From Patescibacteria group bacterium (GTDB lineage: Bacteria; Patescibacteriota; Patescibacteriia; SG8-24; DYFX01): DNA of 64,000 nt. Positions 1-9,723 of this stretch are shown piece by piece. The notes beneath the pieces were generated by a model. It was not told the DNA's origin. It did not search any database and was given only the letters and a program-made list of their open reading frames with translations. The stretch covers positions 85,427-149,426 of the forward strand of contig JBAZZB010000002.1 of the NCBI GenBank assembly GCA_041659045.1, given 5' to 3'. The position numbers were made by a program, and so were the translations under genes. How positions within the stretch are numbered: position 1 is the first letter of the stretch; every line of letters starts with the position of its first letter.

Positions 1-2836
1 AACCGCCCGCCGCCGCGTCATAAAAACTCGCGGACGTACCGACGGGTGTCGCCGTAAGATAGGCCGTCGTGTCTCCGATCGTCACGGCGTTGCCAAATGC
101 GTCTTCACGACTCATGGTGTATCCGATTCTTGTTCCTACCATCATGTCGCCCGGGTCGTTCACCATGAATTTGGAGAGTGCGCCTGAGAGCACGTCGACC
201 GTATCTGTCACGTCGGCAATACCTGCCGCTCCGTCCGCCGCAAGCGCGTTATCCGAAACAGTGACAACATCGGACCCTGCTGTCGTGTCCTCATACCAAA
301 ATGAAGAGGTTGAAACGCCGTCCATGAACGTCGCGGATGTAATCTGGCTGCCACCCGCAGGCGCGTCATAGAACCTCGCTGTACCGCTCGATGCGTAGAG
401 ATACACGGTTAAGCCTCCGGACGTTGTCGTATTTTCAAGCTGATCTTTGCGCGTAACGACGTACGGCAACCGCACGCCGGCTGTCGCGACACCAGGATCC
501 GTGAGATCAAAGTGGTGTGTCGGTCCCGCGGAGAAAACCACATCCTGAGAAGAATCGGACAGGAGACCGGTGCTCTGCGTATCCTGAAGCGCGAGCGTTA
601 CCGTCTCCGCTACCGCGTTAGAAATTGTTTTCGTGCCGATACCATCGACGATATCGATGAGGCCCGCGCCTGTCGCCGCGCCCGTAAGCGTGAGCGTAAC
701 GTCGTTTTGAAATGACGTATCGACGCTCCCCGCATCATCAAGAACCCTCACGGTGACCATGACGTTTTCACCAGCAACCGCGTCTGTCGGATCCAGCAAA
801 AGGAAGCGCGTGGGCACAATGGGAATTTCCGTGACGACAACGTTATCGTTGGCATCAGCTACGCCAACCTCTGCGTCGGGCGCCGTCGCATTGTCGGAAA
901 CGGTGACGGTCCACGATCCGGGTTCTTCGTCGTAATACCAGAAATTTTTACTTGAAGCCGCATCCTCAATCGTCACAGACGTTATCGTGTTTCCGAGCGT
1001 CGCCGCGTCATAAAACGTTTTGCTCGCTCCCGACGAATTGCTGTAGAGGTATACGGACATCGGGCCGCTCGTCACGAAGTTGCCGAATTGGTCAACGCGC
1101 GTAACGGCGTATTCCAAACGCGTCGCGAGCGTCATGTCACCCGGGTTGTTCAGAAGAAGCCTTGCTACCGGGGCGGCCGCGACCACTACCGTATCCAAAC
1201 CATCATTGAGACCCGAAGCGCCGTCCGGTGCAGCTGGGTTGTCGGAGACGGCAATCGAAGCGGTGCCGGCTTTTTCGTCGTAATACCAGAAGGCGGCTGA
1301 GGTGGCTCCTTCCGCGATCGTAACGGAGGTGACAGGAGCGCCTCCTGAAGCCTCGGTATAAAACGCTTTGTTTCCAGAGGAGTCGCTGTGCACGTAGACA
1401 ACGTTGCTCCCACTGGTCGCGAGGTTGCCGAACTGATCACGTCGAGTGACGACGTAGCCGAGCCGCTCGCCAGCCGTCATCGATCCAGGATCGTTCAAAA
1501 GAAACTGCGATGCAGAAGCGGCCGTTACCGTAACGCCATCCGTAGCGTCGTCGACACCCACGAGGCCATCTGGTGCCGATGAATTATCCGAAACCGCGAT
1601 CGTCGCGAGGCCGGACTGCTCGCCTTCGTACCAAAAGTTTGCCGTGGACGAACCGTTTACAAACGCGACGGACGTGAGCAAATCCTCGCTCGTCGCGGTG
1701 CTATAAAATCCGTGGTTGCCCGTTGAGTCGCTATAGAGGTACACCGTTGCCGCACCTGACGTGATCGGGTTTCCATATTGATCTTTGCGCTCAACCACAT
1801 ACCCGACGCGTGCGCCCGCGACCATGCCACCGGGATCATTCAATATGAATCGTGAAAGCGGACCTGGCGCTACTGTCACTACGGGTGACGTGGCAATGGC
1901 TGCCAAGGTACCCGCATCAGACACGCGTGTTCTTGTCGTGAACGTCGTTGGACCCAGCGCCGTCGGCGCCGTCACACCACTCGCTCCCCCGTTCGCGCCG
2001 TAGGCAAAGGCAACGGTTGCGCCTGCTGGCAGCTGCAGCAGACGCACGCGCACATCACCGCCGCCGGGAAACGTCGCTGCGCCAGGTCCCAACAATATAT
2101 CGTCGACCCGTACCGTCACGTTATCGAGTGCTTTTGGACTTCTGATAATGAAGCCATAACTGACAACAGATGTTCTTGCTGCGGCACCGAACGGCAAGAC
2201 AACGTACGTCCACGTGTTCGCCGGAATCTCGGAACCGAATGAAATCTGTTCGATCGGACTCGCGATGTTCGTGTTGTTGTCGTAAGCGAAACGCAGATCG
2301 CCGCTCGCGATGGCGGCACTCGAATGTATCCAGAAACCGACGTTCGTGTACGCGGACCAGTTTTCCGTGGCGAGGTTCCTATACCAGCGATCGTTATTTC
2401 CCTCGTTGCCGTTGGTACACCGAATCGAGGCGGCGCCCTCGTGTTTCGTGCCGGTATCAGCAACCAGTCCGCCCGTGCAGGCGCTTCCTGCCGCCCACCC
2501 CGTCGTCGAATCAGCCGCGTCCTCAACATTGGCCAGCATGCCGCCCGTCGCAACGACGGTCGTGTACCCGGCCGTTCCGGAAACAGCTTGCGGCATCGTC
2601 CAACCCGAAGGAACAGTCAACGCGACTTCACCAGACGACATCGCTTCAGCTGCCGTGAACGTAAACGTATGCGTGTTTCCCGTGGTGCCCGCTGCCACCG
2701 TCGACGGTGTCACGACGTTTGTCCCCGAACCGTCAGCCGCTCTTACAATGCGATACAACGCAACAAAAGCGAATCCAACCACAACGATCGAAAGTGCCGC
2801 GATACCGAACCGGTGGCTGCGTCGAAGCGTGGACAT
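1..2836 (-). CDS. Large secreted/surface protein (partial, runs off left edge): CBM-like insert plus ~110 aa Ig/invasin-like repeats
   Basis: Not in the ORF track because it has no stop in the window. Manual translation from ATG 2836: MSTLRRSHRFGIAALSIVVVGFAFVALYRIVRAADG (signal/TM), open to position 1. Repeats like FxLNDPGxMxAGxRxxYxVxRxDQFGN...VYLYSxSSG...FY...FWYxD...VSDN...DG. Confidence 0.85.
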   Translation of the reverse strand, partial: MSTLRRSHRFGIAALSIVVVGFAFVALYRIVRAADGSGTNVVTPSTVAAGTTGNTHTFTFTAAEAMSSGEVALTVPSGWTMPQAVSGTAGYTTVVATGGMLANVEDAADSTTGWAAGSACTGGLVADTGTKHEGAASIRCTNGNEGNNDRWYRNLATENWSAYTNVGFWIHSSAAIASGDLRFAYDNNTNIASPIEQISFGSEIPANTWTYVVLPFGAAARTSVVSYGFIIRSPKALDNVTVRVDDILLGPGAATFPGGGDVRVRLLQLPAGATVAFAYGANGGASGVTAPTALGPTTFTTRTRVSDAGTLAAIATSPVVTVAPGPLSRFILNDPGGMVAGARVGYVVERKDQYGNPITSGAATVYLYSDSTGNHGFYSTATSEDLLTSVAFVNGSSTANFWYEGEQSGLATIAVSDNSSAPDGLVGVDDATDGVTVTAASASQFLLNDPGSMTAGERLGYVVTRRDQFGNLATSGSNVVYVHSDSSGNKAFYTEASGGAPVTSVTIAEGATSAAFWYYDEKAGTASIAVSDNPAAPDGASGLNDGLDTVVVAAAPVARLLLNNPGDMTLATRLEYAVTRVDQFGNFVTSGPMSVYLYSNSSGASKTFYDAATLGNTITSVTIEDAASSKNFWYYDEEPGSWTVTVSDNATAPDAEVGVADANDNVVVTEIPIVPTRFLLLDPTDAVAGENVMVTVRVLDDAGSVDTSFQNDVTLTLTGAATGAGLIDIVDGIGTKTISNAVAETVTLALQDTQSTGLLSDSSQDVVFSAGPTHHFDLTDPGVATAGVRLPYVVTRKDQLENTTTSGGLTVYLYASSGTARFYDAPAGGSQITSATFMDGVSTSSFWYEDTTAGSDVVTVSDNALAADGAAGIADVTDTVDVLSGALSKFMVNDPGDMMVGTRIGYTMSREDAFGNAVTIGDTTAYLTATPVGTSASFYDAAAGG

Positions 2837-2838
2837 AT

Positions 2839-4593
2839 TTATGTTCGAGGAATTGAGAACAGAAACGTCGTACCTTTGTTTTCTTCGGAAACGAACCAGA
2901 TACGTCCGCCATGGCTCTCTACGATGACTTTCGCGATATACAGGCCGAGCCCCGTACCACTGTTCGCGACCAGCTTGGCGTTCGACGCGCGGAAGAAGCG
3001 CTCGAAAATCTTCGACTGCTGCGCGAGTGGGATACCGACACCTTCATCCTTTACCGAAAAGATGTATTCCTTTGAGTTACTCGTATCGCAATCCAGCACG
3101 ATGTTTCCTCCCGGGTTCGAGTATTTGACCGCATTCTCAAGAAGGTTTTGAAACACCTGCTTGATTTTAACCGAGTCAAAATTCGCCGAAAGCGCTTTTG
3201 GAAACTTTGGAGCTTTCTTGATGCGTATATCCTTTTCATTCGCGAGCGGCTTCAGCTCATCGAGGATCGGATCAAGTACCGTCGAAAGATTACCGGGAGT
3301 CATTGCCATCACCAGCCCCTTCCCCGCCTCAACACGCGAAACGTCGAGCAGATCCATGAGCAAAGCGATCATACGCTGGTTGCCGTCATGGATTTGCTTC
3401 AAATATTCCTTTTGCTCTTTGGAGAGCGTCTTGTCGCGGTCTTCAAGCAGAACCTCCGACAGCCATCGAATCGCGGTGGCGGGCGTGCGCAGCTGATGGG
3501 AAACCATGCTGACGAAGTCCGATTTCATGCGTTCAAGCTCTTTTTCCTTCGTCACGTCTTCAAAAGACATCAGCGCGGATGCGATCTTTCCATTTTCAAA
3601 AATCGGCAATGACGTGGCGTGCACGATGATTCTCGTCTTGTCGGCACGCTCTATGGAGGCGTCAAAATTCTCGACGACCACCCCGGTGCGGAGTGTTTTG
3701 ATCAGCGGCAGGTCTTCAAAAGGCACGGGTTCGCCTTTCAGGTTTTGAAAATGATGTTCCGTAATTTCGCTGGTATGCCGACGATCCATTTCAAGATGGC
3801 TGTGTCCCAATAATTCAAGCGCTTTTTTATTTGCAAAAGAAAACGAACTCGTCGAAACGCTCGCTGTGAGTATACCGACGGGCAATTGCTCAAAAATAGC
3901 TTTCAATCTCTCTCCCTCACTTCGCACCAGATCCAAAAAATCCTTGCGGCTGTCCCTCAAACGCATGCTGACGAAGAAGAGGGTCAGCGCGAAAAGCGTC
4001 GCAATGACGACAAGCACCTGCTGAAAGAAGACTTCGCGCAACCAAGCCGTCTCGCTTATATCAAGGCCGAAATAGGCGTGCACGGCGCCCGTAGTCGGAT
4101 CGGTGATCGGCGAATAGCTGCTGATCCAGGTGCCCCAGCGATCGGTATAAGGACCCACCGCGAAGCTTTCGCCGAGCGCGAAGTTTTTTGCAATCGCCTT
4201 GGGAGCTTCGTAATAGATGTCGCCCGGCGCCGAGTAATCGGGTGATTCCGCGGGTTCAGAATCAACGTAAATGAAAACCTGCCCATCGCGCACGCCGAGC
4301 AAGTAGGCGAAGCGCGACCGATCCACTTCGCGCTGCGTTCTGATCATTCCAATTTTAAGGTATTCGTATTCTTCCGTTTGAAGATCAGTGGGTGTGCCGC
4401 TGAGCATCATGACATCATTATGATCGATGCTGGCTGCGACTACCCTCGTCATATCGAGCAGGTCGCCTCGCATTGAAGCGTCCAGCATTTTTCCGACAAA
4501 AGCCGTGGCATATGCGCCCGCACATACGATGAGTACAGCAACAAAAAACCGCAACGGCCATTTTTTTGCGGTCCTCACACGAAGTGTTGTCAT
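2839..4593 (-). CDS. Membrane sensor histidine kinase (extracellular Cache-like, PAS, HisKA, HATPase)
   Basis: Two TM segments; H-box SMVSHQLRTP; N-box QNLLENAVKY; G-boxes DEGVGI and GTGLGL. Start taken at MTTLRV (4593). Confidence 0.92.
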   Translation of the reverse strand: MTTLRVRTAKKWPLRFFVAVLIVCAGAYATAFVGKMLDASMRGDLLDMTRVVAASIDHNDVMMLSGTPTDLQTEEYEYLKIGMIRTQREVDRSRFAYLLGVRDGQVFIYVDSEPAESPDYSAPGDIYYEAPKAIAKNFALGESFAVGPYTDRWGTWISSYSPITDPTTGAVHAYFGLDISETAWLREVFFQQVLVVIATLFALTLFFVSMRLRDSRKDFLDLVRSEGERLKAIFEQLPVGILTASVSTSSFSFANKKALELLGHSHLEMDRRHTSEITEHHFQNLKGEPVPFEDLPLIKTLRTGVVVENFDASIERADKTRIIVHATSLPIFENGKIASALMSFEDVTKEKELERMKSDFVSMVSHQLRTPATAIRWLSEVLLEDRDKTLSKEQKEYLKQIHDGNQRMIALLMDLLDVSRVEAGKGLVMAMTPGNLSTVLDPILDELKPLANEKDIRIKKAPKFPKALSANFDSVKIKQVFQNLLENAVKYSNPGGNIVLDCDTSNSKEYIFSVKDEGVGIPLAQQSKIFERFFRASNAKLVANSGTGLGLYIAKVIVESHGGRIWFVSEENKGTTFLFSIPRT

Positions 4594-4705
4594 GGATGGG
4601 GAATACCTTATATACAATACCACGCTTGTACAGCCTCTGCGAGGCTAACAATTGCGAAAAAGTAAAGAAAAAGCGCCCGTCGTTCGGGCGCGTCTTTCGT
4701 GTGTT

Positions 4706-5836
4706 CTATTCAATCTTCGGTGCAGCCGCCATTTCGGCTGACGGAGAGAAGTCTTGCGTCATATTAATGTCGTTGCCGAACGCGTAATCAAGATAAAACG
4801 CATCGGAGATGTCGTCGATTTTCTTATTCCAATCGCTACCATACAGAGCAACAGCGACGGCCTCGGACTTAATCCAGCGCAACACGCCTCCCCTCGCGAC
4901 CGCATACACCTTGTTCTCCGTCGCGAATTTCACCAACTTCACGCCGGGACGATACGTCACTTGTTTGGCGAGCGGGAGCGCAGCCATCGCGCTGGCCGAA
5001 ATCTCCTGCACCGTGGAGAAATCCGTATACCACGTGAAATAGGTGCTGGCATTCGGGAAAGCGCGGCGTTTGCCGTCGGAACCACGGTAATACACGGCGC
5101 GGCAAGGGCTTGAGGCAACGTCGCCCGCCTGGCACGGCAATTTCACGAGAGCGGGCACGGCTAGGGGCAGAGGTACCGGTACCGAAGGAAACGGCGCGGT
5201 GACGGTAAACGAAACGGGTGCGTTTGTACCGCTGTTCCCAGCTCCATCGAAACATTGGATATAGACCGAGTATGTACCTGGGTCTTGAAAGACATAGGCG
5301 AGGCTCACCGAGCCGGACGCCAGCACCATGTTTCCTTTGCTGAAATTATTTACGAACAACAAGCAGCCTGAAACGCCAGTTCCTTCATCGGTCACGCTTG
5401 CACTCAGTAAGGTCGACACACCGGCAAAGGCCGAGGTGGTGGCGATAGATCCGACCGAGGGGGCGTTATTATCACCAGATCCGGAGGCTGCCGTGACCGT
5501 CACTGAGGTATTCAGACCTGATTGGAAGTTTCCGGCGGCGTCGCGGCAGAACACGAAGATCGTATGAATCCCGGCCTGAACGTAGACGAAAGAGACGCTG
5601 GCAGTCGTGCCAGAGAGAGTCATGCCCGCAACATCTTCGTTATCCATGTACAAGCGGCAACTGGCGATGCCGGACTCTTCGTCCGTCACAGTCGCAGAAA
5701 CGACGACCGGAACGCCTACGACAGCAACACTAGGTGATGCGAGGCCTACAGTGGGGCGCGTCGTATCGGCGGCCAAAGCTGGCAGTGCCGAGCCCAGGAA
5801 CAGGAACGCGAGGATTGCGATGATGAAATGCTTCAT
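4706..5836 (-). CDS. Secreted protein with two Ig-like domains and a CPR-type C-terminal domain
   Basis: True start MKHFIIAILAFLFLGSALPALA (signal peptide) at 5836; two repeats SA(T/S)VTDE..G...C.L...C.D.AGN; C-terminal AVYYRGSDGKRRAFPN..TYFTWY..F...VTYRPGVKLVK...LYG..W, recalled from Parcubacteria/ABY1 surface proteins. Confidence 0.8.
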   Translation of the reverse strand: MKHFIIAILAFLFLGSALPALAADTTRPTVGLASPSVAVVGVPVVVSATVTDEESGIASCRLYMDNEDVAGMTLSGTTASVSFVYVQAGIHTIFVFCRDAAGNFQSGLNTSVTVTAASGSGDNNAPSVGSIATTSAFAGVSTLLSASVTDEGTGVSGCLLFVNNFSKGNMVLASGSVSLAYVFQDPGTYSVYIQCFDGAGNSGTNAPVSFTVTAPFPSVPVPLPLAVPALVKLPCQAGDVASSPCRAVYYRGSDGKRRAFPNASTYFTWYTDFSTVQEISASAMAALPLAKQVTYRPGVKLVKFATENKVYAVARGGVLRWIKSEAVAVALYGSDWNKKIDDISDAFYLDYAFGNDINMTQDFSPSAEMAAAPKIE

Positions 5837-5907
5837 AGTTCCGACATCGTAGCACAGCGGAAAACAAAACGCGCCCACTCTTGGGGCGCGCGTACCGAGT
5901 ACTGAGA

Positions 5908-6066
5908 CTAGCCCTTGGACTTCTTCTTGCCGCGGACGGCGAGGTGCCCCTTGAACACCTTCTTGCCGGCGTCGGTGCGACCGTGGCCGCTGACCACCAG
6001 GTGGTGCTGCAGGCGCTCGGACACGTTCGACTTGAACTTGCAGTTCTTGTGCGGGCACGACCTCAT
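5908..6066 (-). CDS. 52 aa C2H2 zinc-finger-like basic microprotein
   Basis: Manual translation MRSCPHKNCKFKSNVSERLQHHLVVSGHGRTDAGKKVFKGHLAVRGKKKSKG*; SD AGGAGAG before the ATG; G/C-ending codons; downstream terminator hairpin at ~5862-5893. Confidence 0.75.
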   Translation of the reverse strand: MRSCPHKNCKFKSNVSERLQHHLVVSGHGRTDAGKKVFKGHLAVRGKKKSKG

Positions 6067-6215
6067 CGCTTCTCTCCTGTAGGCGGAAATCCAGCTGTCC
6101 GAGCTGGGCGGTACATCTCACGACCAAGCCTTCCTATCACCATTTTCCAAAATTGTCAAGACCTGCCCCAAAAGAAAACGCGCTCGCCGGTGAAGCGAGC
6201 GCGCAAGCAAGTTGT

Positions 6216-6764
6216 TCAGTCGTCGTCCTCGGTCTCGATCAGGCCGAGGGCACGCATCCCCTTCTGGTGAAAGGGGCGCATGCGGAGCATAGCCCCGGTG
6301 CCGGCGAGTTCGCCGAGCAGTCGGGCATGACGCTCTTCGTCGGGAAGGATCTGCGCGACGATCGCACGGACGTCCTCCGGCGTCTCGGGGTGATTGAGAA
6401 TCACACGGAAACGGTTGCGAGCCAGCATCTCGCCGCGTGCACCGGCCGCGCAGGCCTCCTCGAAGGTGGTGACGCCAGCCCAGACCGGATCCCAGTAACG
6501 CTCGGGCGTCGGCTCGGTAGGAAGATCGACGCCTCGTGCGGCGAGCAAGCCGGCGACCAGATCCTGGTGCCGCAGTTCGTCCATGATGATGCCGTTGAAC
6601 GTCGCGAGTTGATCACCCGCGAGGTTCCACCGATCGACGATCGCCTGGAAACGTTCCGCTCCTCCTTTCTCTGCCAGATAGAGGCGCTGCAACCACTGCT
6701 CGAAGCGTGGGATGAAGCGTACAAGAAGTGACCACCAAGCCGCGGTCTTTTCGTGCAGACTCAT
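6216..6764 (-). CDS. Ferritin-like (diiron carboxylate) protein
   Basis: Paired E...DExxH motifs: LAE...DELRH and GE...DEERH; SD AGGAGG. Confidence 0.8.
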   Translation of the reverse strand: MSLHEKTAAWWSLLVRFIPRFEQWLQRLYLAEKGGAERFQAIVDRWNLAGDQLATFNGIIMDELRHQDLVAGLLAARGVDLPTEPTPERYWDPVWAGVTTFEEACAAGARGEMLARNRFRVILNHPETPEDVRAIVAQILPDEERHARLLGELAGTGAMLRMRPFHQKGMRALGLIETEDDD

Positions 6765-6853
6765 GACTGCCTCCTAGCCTCATTTATTCACAAAAAAGCC
6801 GTTTTGTCAATGTTCCTTTGACGGAAGTCTTCCTCCAACGTAGGCTGGAGCGC

Positions 6854-7840
6854 ATGGAATCCCTGGCATCAACTGCGGCCAAAAACGTCGCCGACATCGT
6901 CGCGCTCGCGATTGAACATCACCCTTCCCGCAAGGCGTTGGTCGTTTTTGACGCGCGTTCGCCGCTCTCGCAGCTGCTTTCCGCTGCTTATAAGGAGGCG
7001 CTCCCCCACGCGACGAAGCTCGATTTTGACGCCGTGACACCGGACGCGATCATGGAGGAGATCAAAAAACTCGAACCGGGCGATTTGACCGTACTCATCC
7101 AATCTTCGAACTTTCGCCTGAGCGAGTTCCGTATTCGCATTGAATTGTTTCAACGCGGTTTGTCGGTGATCGAACACGTGCATCTTGAACGCGCAATCGA
7201 CGACCGCCAAATCGAAATCTACGTCGACTCCTTGGCATACGACCCTTCCTATTACCGCACGCGCGGCCACGCTCTTAAGGCACGGATCGACGCGGCCAAG
7301 ACAATCAAGGTCATCGGCGCCGGTACGGTACTCACCTACGAAGGCGGGATGGAAGACACCAAGCTGAACGTCGGCGACTACGAAGGCATGAAGAACATCG
7401 GCGGCACCTTTCCGATCGGCGAAGTGTTCAGCGAACCGAAAGATTTCAACCTGCTCAACGGCGAGGCGATGATCTTTGCTTTTGCTGGCACTGACCACCT
7501 CGTAAAAATCCGCGAGCCGTTCAAGATTCGCGTCGAGAAAGGCATTTTGGTGTCACATGAAGGACCGAAAGAATTTCAAGAAGTCCTCGACCAGATTTCG
7601 GCCGAAGAGGAAATCATGGTGCGCGAGTTCGGCGTCGGCTTGAACCCTGCCTTCAGCAAGGATCGTGTGGTCGACGATATCACGGCTTTCGAGCGCCAAA
7701 AGGGGCTTCATCTTTCTTTGGGTGAAAAGCACGGCGTCTATGCCAAGCCTGGCTTGATACCGAAAAAGACCCATTTTCACATCGATATTTTCGTTGATTT
7801 TGAACGCATCGAAGCGGACGGCGAAGATCTCCTCCGATAG
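6854..7840 (+). CDS. Aminopeptidase-like metalloprotein (peptidase M29/thermophilic metalloprotease-like)
   Basis: Motifs FPIGEVF, EFGVGLN, ERQKGLHLSLG, HIDIF; start at MESLAST. Confidence 0.7.
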   Translation: MESLASTAAKNVADIVALAIEHHPSRKALVVFDARSPLSQLLSAAYKEALPHATKLDFDAVTPDAIMEEIKKLEPGDLTVLIQSSNFRLSEFRIRIELFQRGLSVIEHVHLERAIDDRQIEIYVDSLAYDPSYYRTRGHALKARIDAAKTIKVIGAGTVLTYEGGMEDTKLNVGDYEGMKNIGGTFPIGEVFSEPKDFNLLNGEAMIFAFAGTDHLVKIREPFKIRVEKGILVSHEGPKEFQEVLDQISAEEEIMVREFGVGLNPAFSKDRVVDDITAFERQKGLHLSLGEKHGVYAKPGLIPKKTHFHIDIFVDFERIEADGEDLLR

Positions 7841-7859
7841 GCTGGTATACTGGGCGTAC

Positions 7860-9188
7860 ATGGCCCATCGTAACGTCATCATTGCCTTCCTCGCGCTTGC
7901 CGTCTTTTTTTCCGTGGCGCGCCCCCAAGCCTTGGCGCAAACCTCAGGCGAGATTCAGGCGCAACAAACGGAATTGCAGAAGCAGCTCAAGGACATCGAG
8001 CGGCAGATTGCTGACTACGAAAAGCAGCTGAAAGACGTTCGTTCGGAGAAGAACACGCTGGCCAACAAGCTCAAGCAATTGAATGCGCAGCGCGCCAAAC
8101 TGAATCTTCAGGTACAGCAAACCAAAGCGCTCTTGAACGACACGGCCAGCAAACTCGATCAAACACAGGGGCACATTGCCGTCCAAGCCGAGAAGCTTGA
8201 ACACCTGCACGAACAGATGGGTATTGTTCTTCAAGAACTTTATCGGCAGGATCAGCGTGGTCTCATTGAAATCTTGCTTTCCGGCAGCGATCTGTCCGAT
8301 TTTTTTGCCGAAGTCAGCGGCTACGCGCAAATTAACGACGGACTCTCTTCAATTCTGGATCAAACCAAGCGCGTGACAGCAAGCTTGAAGGAGCAGGAGG
8401 AACACTTGGTTGATCAAAAGCAACAGCAGGAGAATTTGGTCGCCATCATTCAACTGCAAAACCAGGAAGTCGTCTCAACGATCGGCGTGCAGGACTCCTT
8501 GCTGCAGCAGACAAAGGGCAAGGAAACGAATTACCAAACCGCGCTCTCCGACACGAAAAAACGCGCGAGCGAAATCAAGAACCGCATTTATAATCTCATT
8601 GAAGTCGGTAAAAAGGTAACGTTCGGCGAAGCGGTTGCTGTCGCCGACTGGGCTTCGTCGCATACGGGCGTGCGCTCGGCGTTTCTTTTAGCGATCCTGA
8701 CGCAGGAATCGAATCTTGGAAAAAATGTCGGTACCTGCAATCGCGCGAATGACCCGCCGTCAAAGAGCTGGAAAGTCGTCATGAAGCCGGAGCGCGACCA
8801 CGAACCGTTCAAAAAAATCACGGCGGCGTTGAATTTGCCGATCGACACGACACCCATCTCCTGCCCGATGAAAGACGCGAAGGGCAACCAGGTCGGTTGG
8901 GGAGGCGCGATGGGACCGGCGCAGTTCATTCCTTCAACGTGGGCGAGCTACGGGCCGAAAGTCGAAGCGATCAGCGGCAAAACCGCGAATCCGTGGGACA
9001 TGCGCGATGCCTTCCTCGCGTCAGCGATTTATCTCAAAGCGCTCGGCGCGGGCAATCAAAGCGGCGAATGGACGGCGGCGATGAAATATTTTTCCGGCTC
9101 GACCAACCTCAAATATCGCTTCTACGGCGACAACGTCGTGAAACTCACGGGGCAGTATCAGGAAGACATCGACGAGTTGAAGAAATGA
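7860..9188 (+). CDS. Secreted coiled-coil lytic murein transglycosylase (SLT_2-like)
   Basis: Signal peptide, long CwlO/PcsB-like coiled coil, AILTQES catalytic Glu, GAMGPAQFIPSTW. Confidence 0.88.
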   Translation: MAHRNVIIAFLALAVFFSVARPQALAQTSGEIQAQQTELQKQLKDIERQIADYEKQLKDVRSEKNTLANKLKQLNAQRAKLNLQVQQTKALLNDTASKLDQTQGHIAVQAEKLEHLHEQMGIVLQELYRQDQRGLIEILLSGSDLSDFFAEVSGYAQINDGLSSILDQTKRVTASLKEQEEHLVDQKQQQENLVAIIQLQNQEVVSTIGVQDSLLQQTKGKETNYQTALSDTKKRASEIKNRIYNLIEVGKKVTFGEAVAVADWASSHTGVRSAFLLAILTQESNLGKNVGTCNRANDPPSKSWKVVMKPERDHEPFKKITAALNLPIDTTPISCPMKDAKGNQVGWGGAMGPAQFIPSTWASYGPKVEAISGKTANPWDMRDAFLASAIYLKALGAGNQSGEWTAAMKYFSGSTNLKYRFYGDNVVKLTGQYQEDIDELKK

Positions 9189-9218
9189 AAAGCCCTGCAC
9201 CAGTCGGTACAGGGTTTT
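9188..9218. terminator. Bidirectional intrinsic terminator
   Basis: AAAAGCCCTG...CAGGGTTTT hairpin between convergent genes. Confidence 0.7.
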
Positions 9219-9723
9219 ATGAATGCAGCTTCACGAGTCCGGTGTCGGCCCGCTCGGCCAGAAGCGTGAGCTTCGGACACGCGAGACACAGCGCGCAGAG
9301 CGCCTGGCGGAACGCGTGATGTGCGGATCGTCCGAGTCCGGGGAATTCCCGACTGCCGACGACGTAGGCGGCGCGGCCGCAGGAGCACGGCGTGCGCTCA
9401 GCCTCATCTGCCGAGCCGAACGGTCTGGCAAGTGGCAGAAGCGGCGGCTCCCAGCGGAACGTACCTACCTTCTCCGTGGTACGACTCATCAGATCGACTC
9501 TCTCATTCCGCTCGTCCGCAATGCATGTCTCGATCCAGAACGGATCGTAGGCGACAGGCTTGCCATTCTTGATGCGGTGCGAGCGTACGAAGAAGTGCAC
9601 GAGGCCTGTACCGACCCCGGCCATCGAAGCGACCCAGCCGAGCGGCAGAAACCACAGGAATCGTCCGAGTTCGCTCTCGGAATCAACGCCGAACTGTGCA
9701 ATCTTCAGGTCGTGCGAATTCAT
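9217..9723 (-). CDS. Hypothetical protein with C-terminal Zn-ribbon-like motif
   Basis: CSCG...CALC; SD GGAGG; TAATG overlap with the upstream gene (translational coupling). Confidence 0.65.
   Translation of the reverse strand: MNSHDLKIAQFGVDSESELGRFLWFLPLGWVASMAGVGTGLVHFFVRSHRIKNGKPVAYDPFWIETCIADERNERVDLMSRTTEKVGTFRWEPPLLPLARPFGSADEAERTPCSCGRAAYVVGSREFPGLGRSAHHAFRQALCALCLACPKLTLLAERADTGLVKLHS

Noticed and set aside
69-3151. Plus-strand ORFs in the first 3 kb
   Set aside because: Antisense to the large minus-strand surface protein and the kinase.
5908-6066. Ribosomal protein L33/L32/L36 identity for the small basic Cys protein
   Set aside because: Lacks their signature motifs; ligand spacing fits C2H2 instead.
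4706-6127. 473 aa version of the secreted protein, and similar N-terminal extensions (9723-10778, 21570-22703, 52315-53565, 59114-60148)
   Set aside because: Extensions cross terminators or neighbouring genes; internal starts have signal peptides, SD or -10 support.
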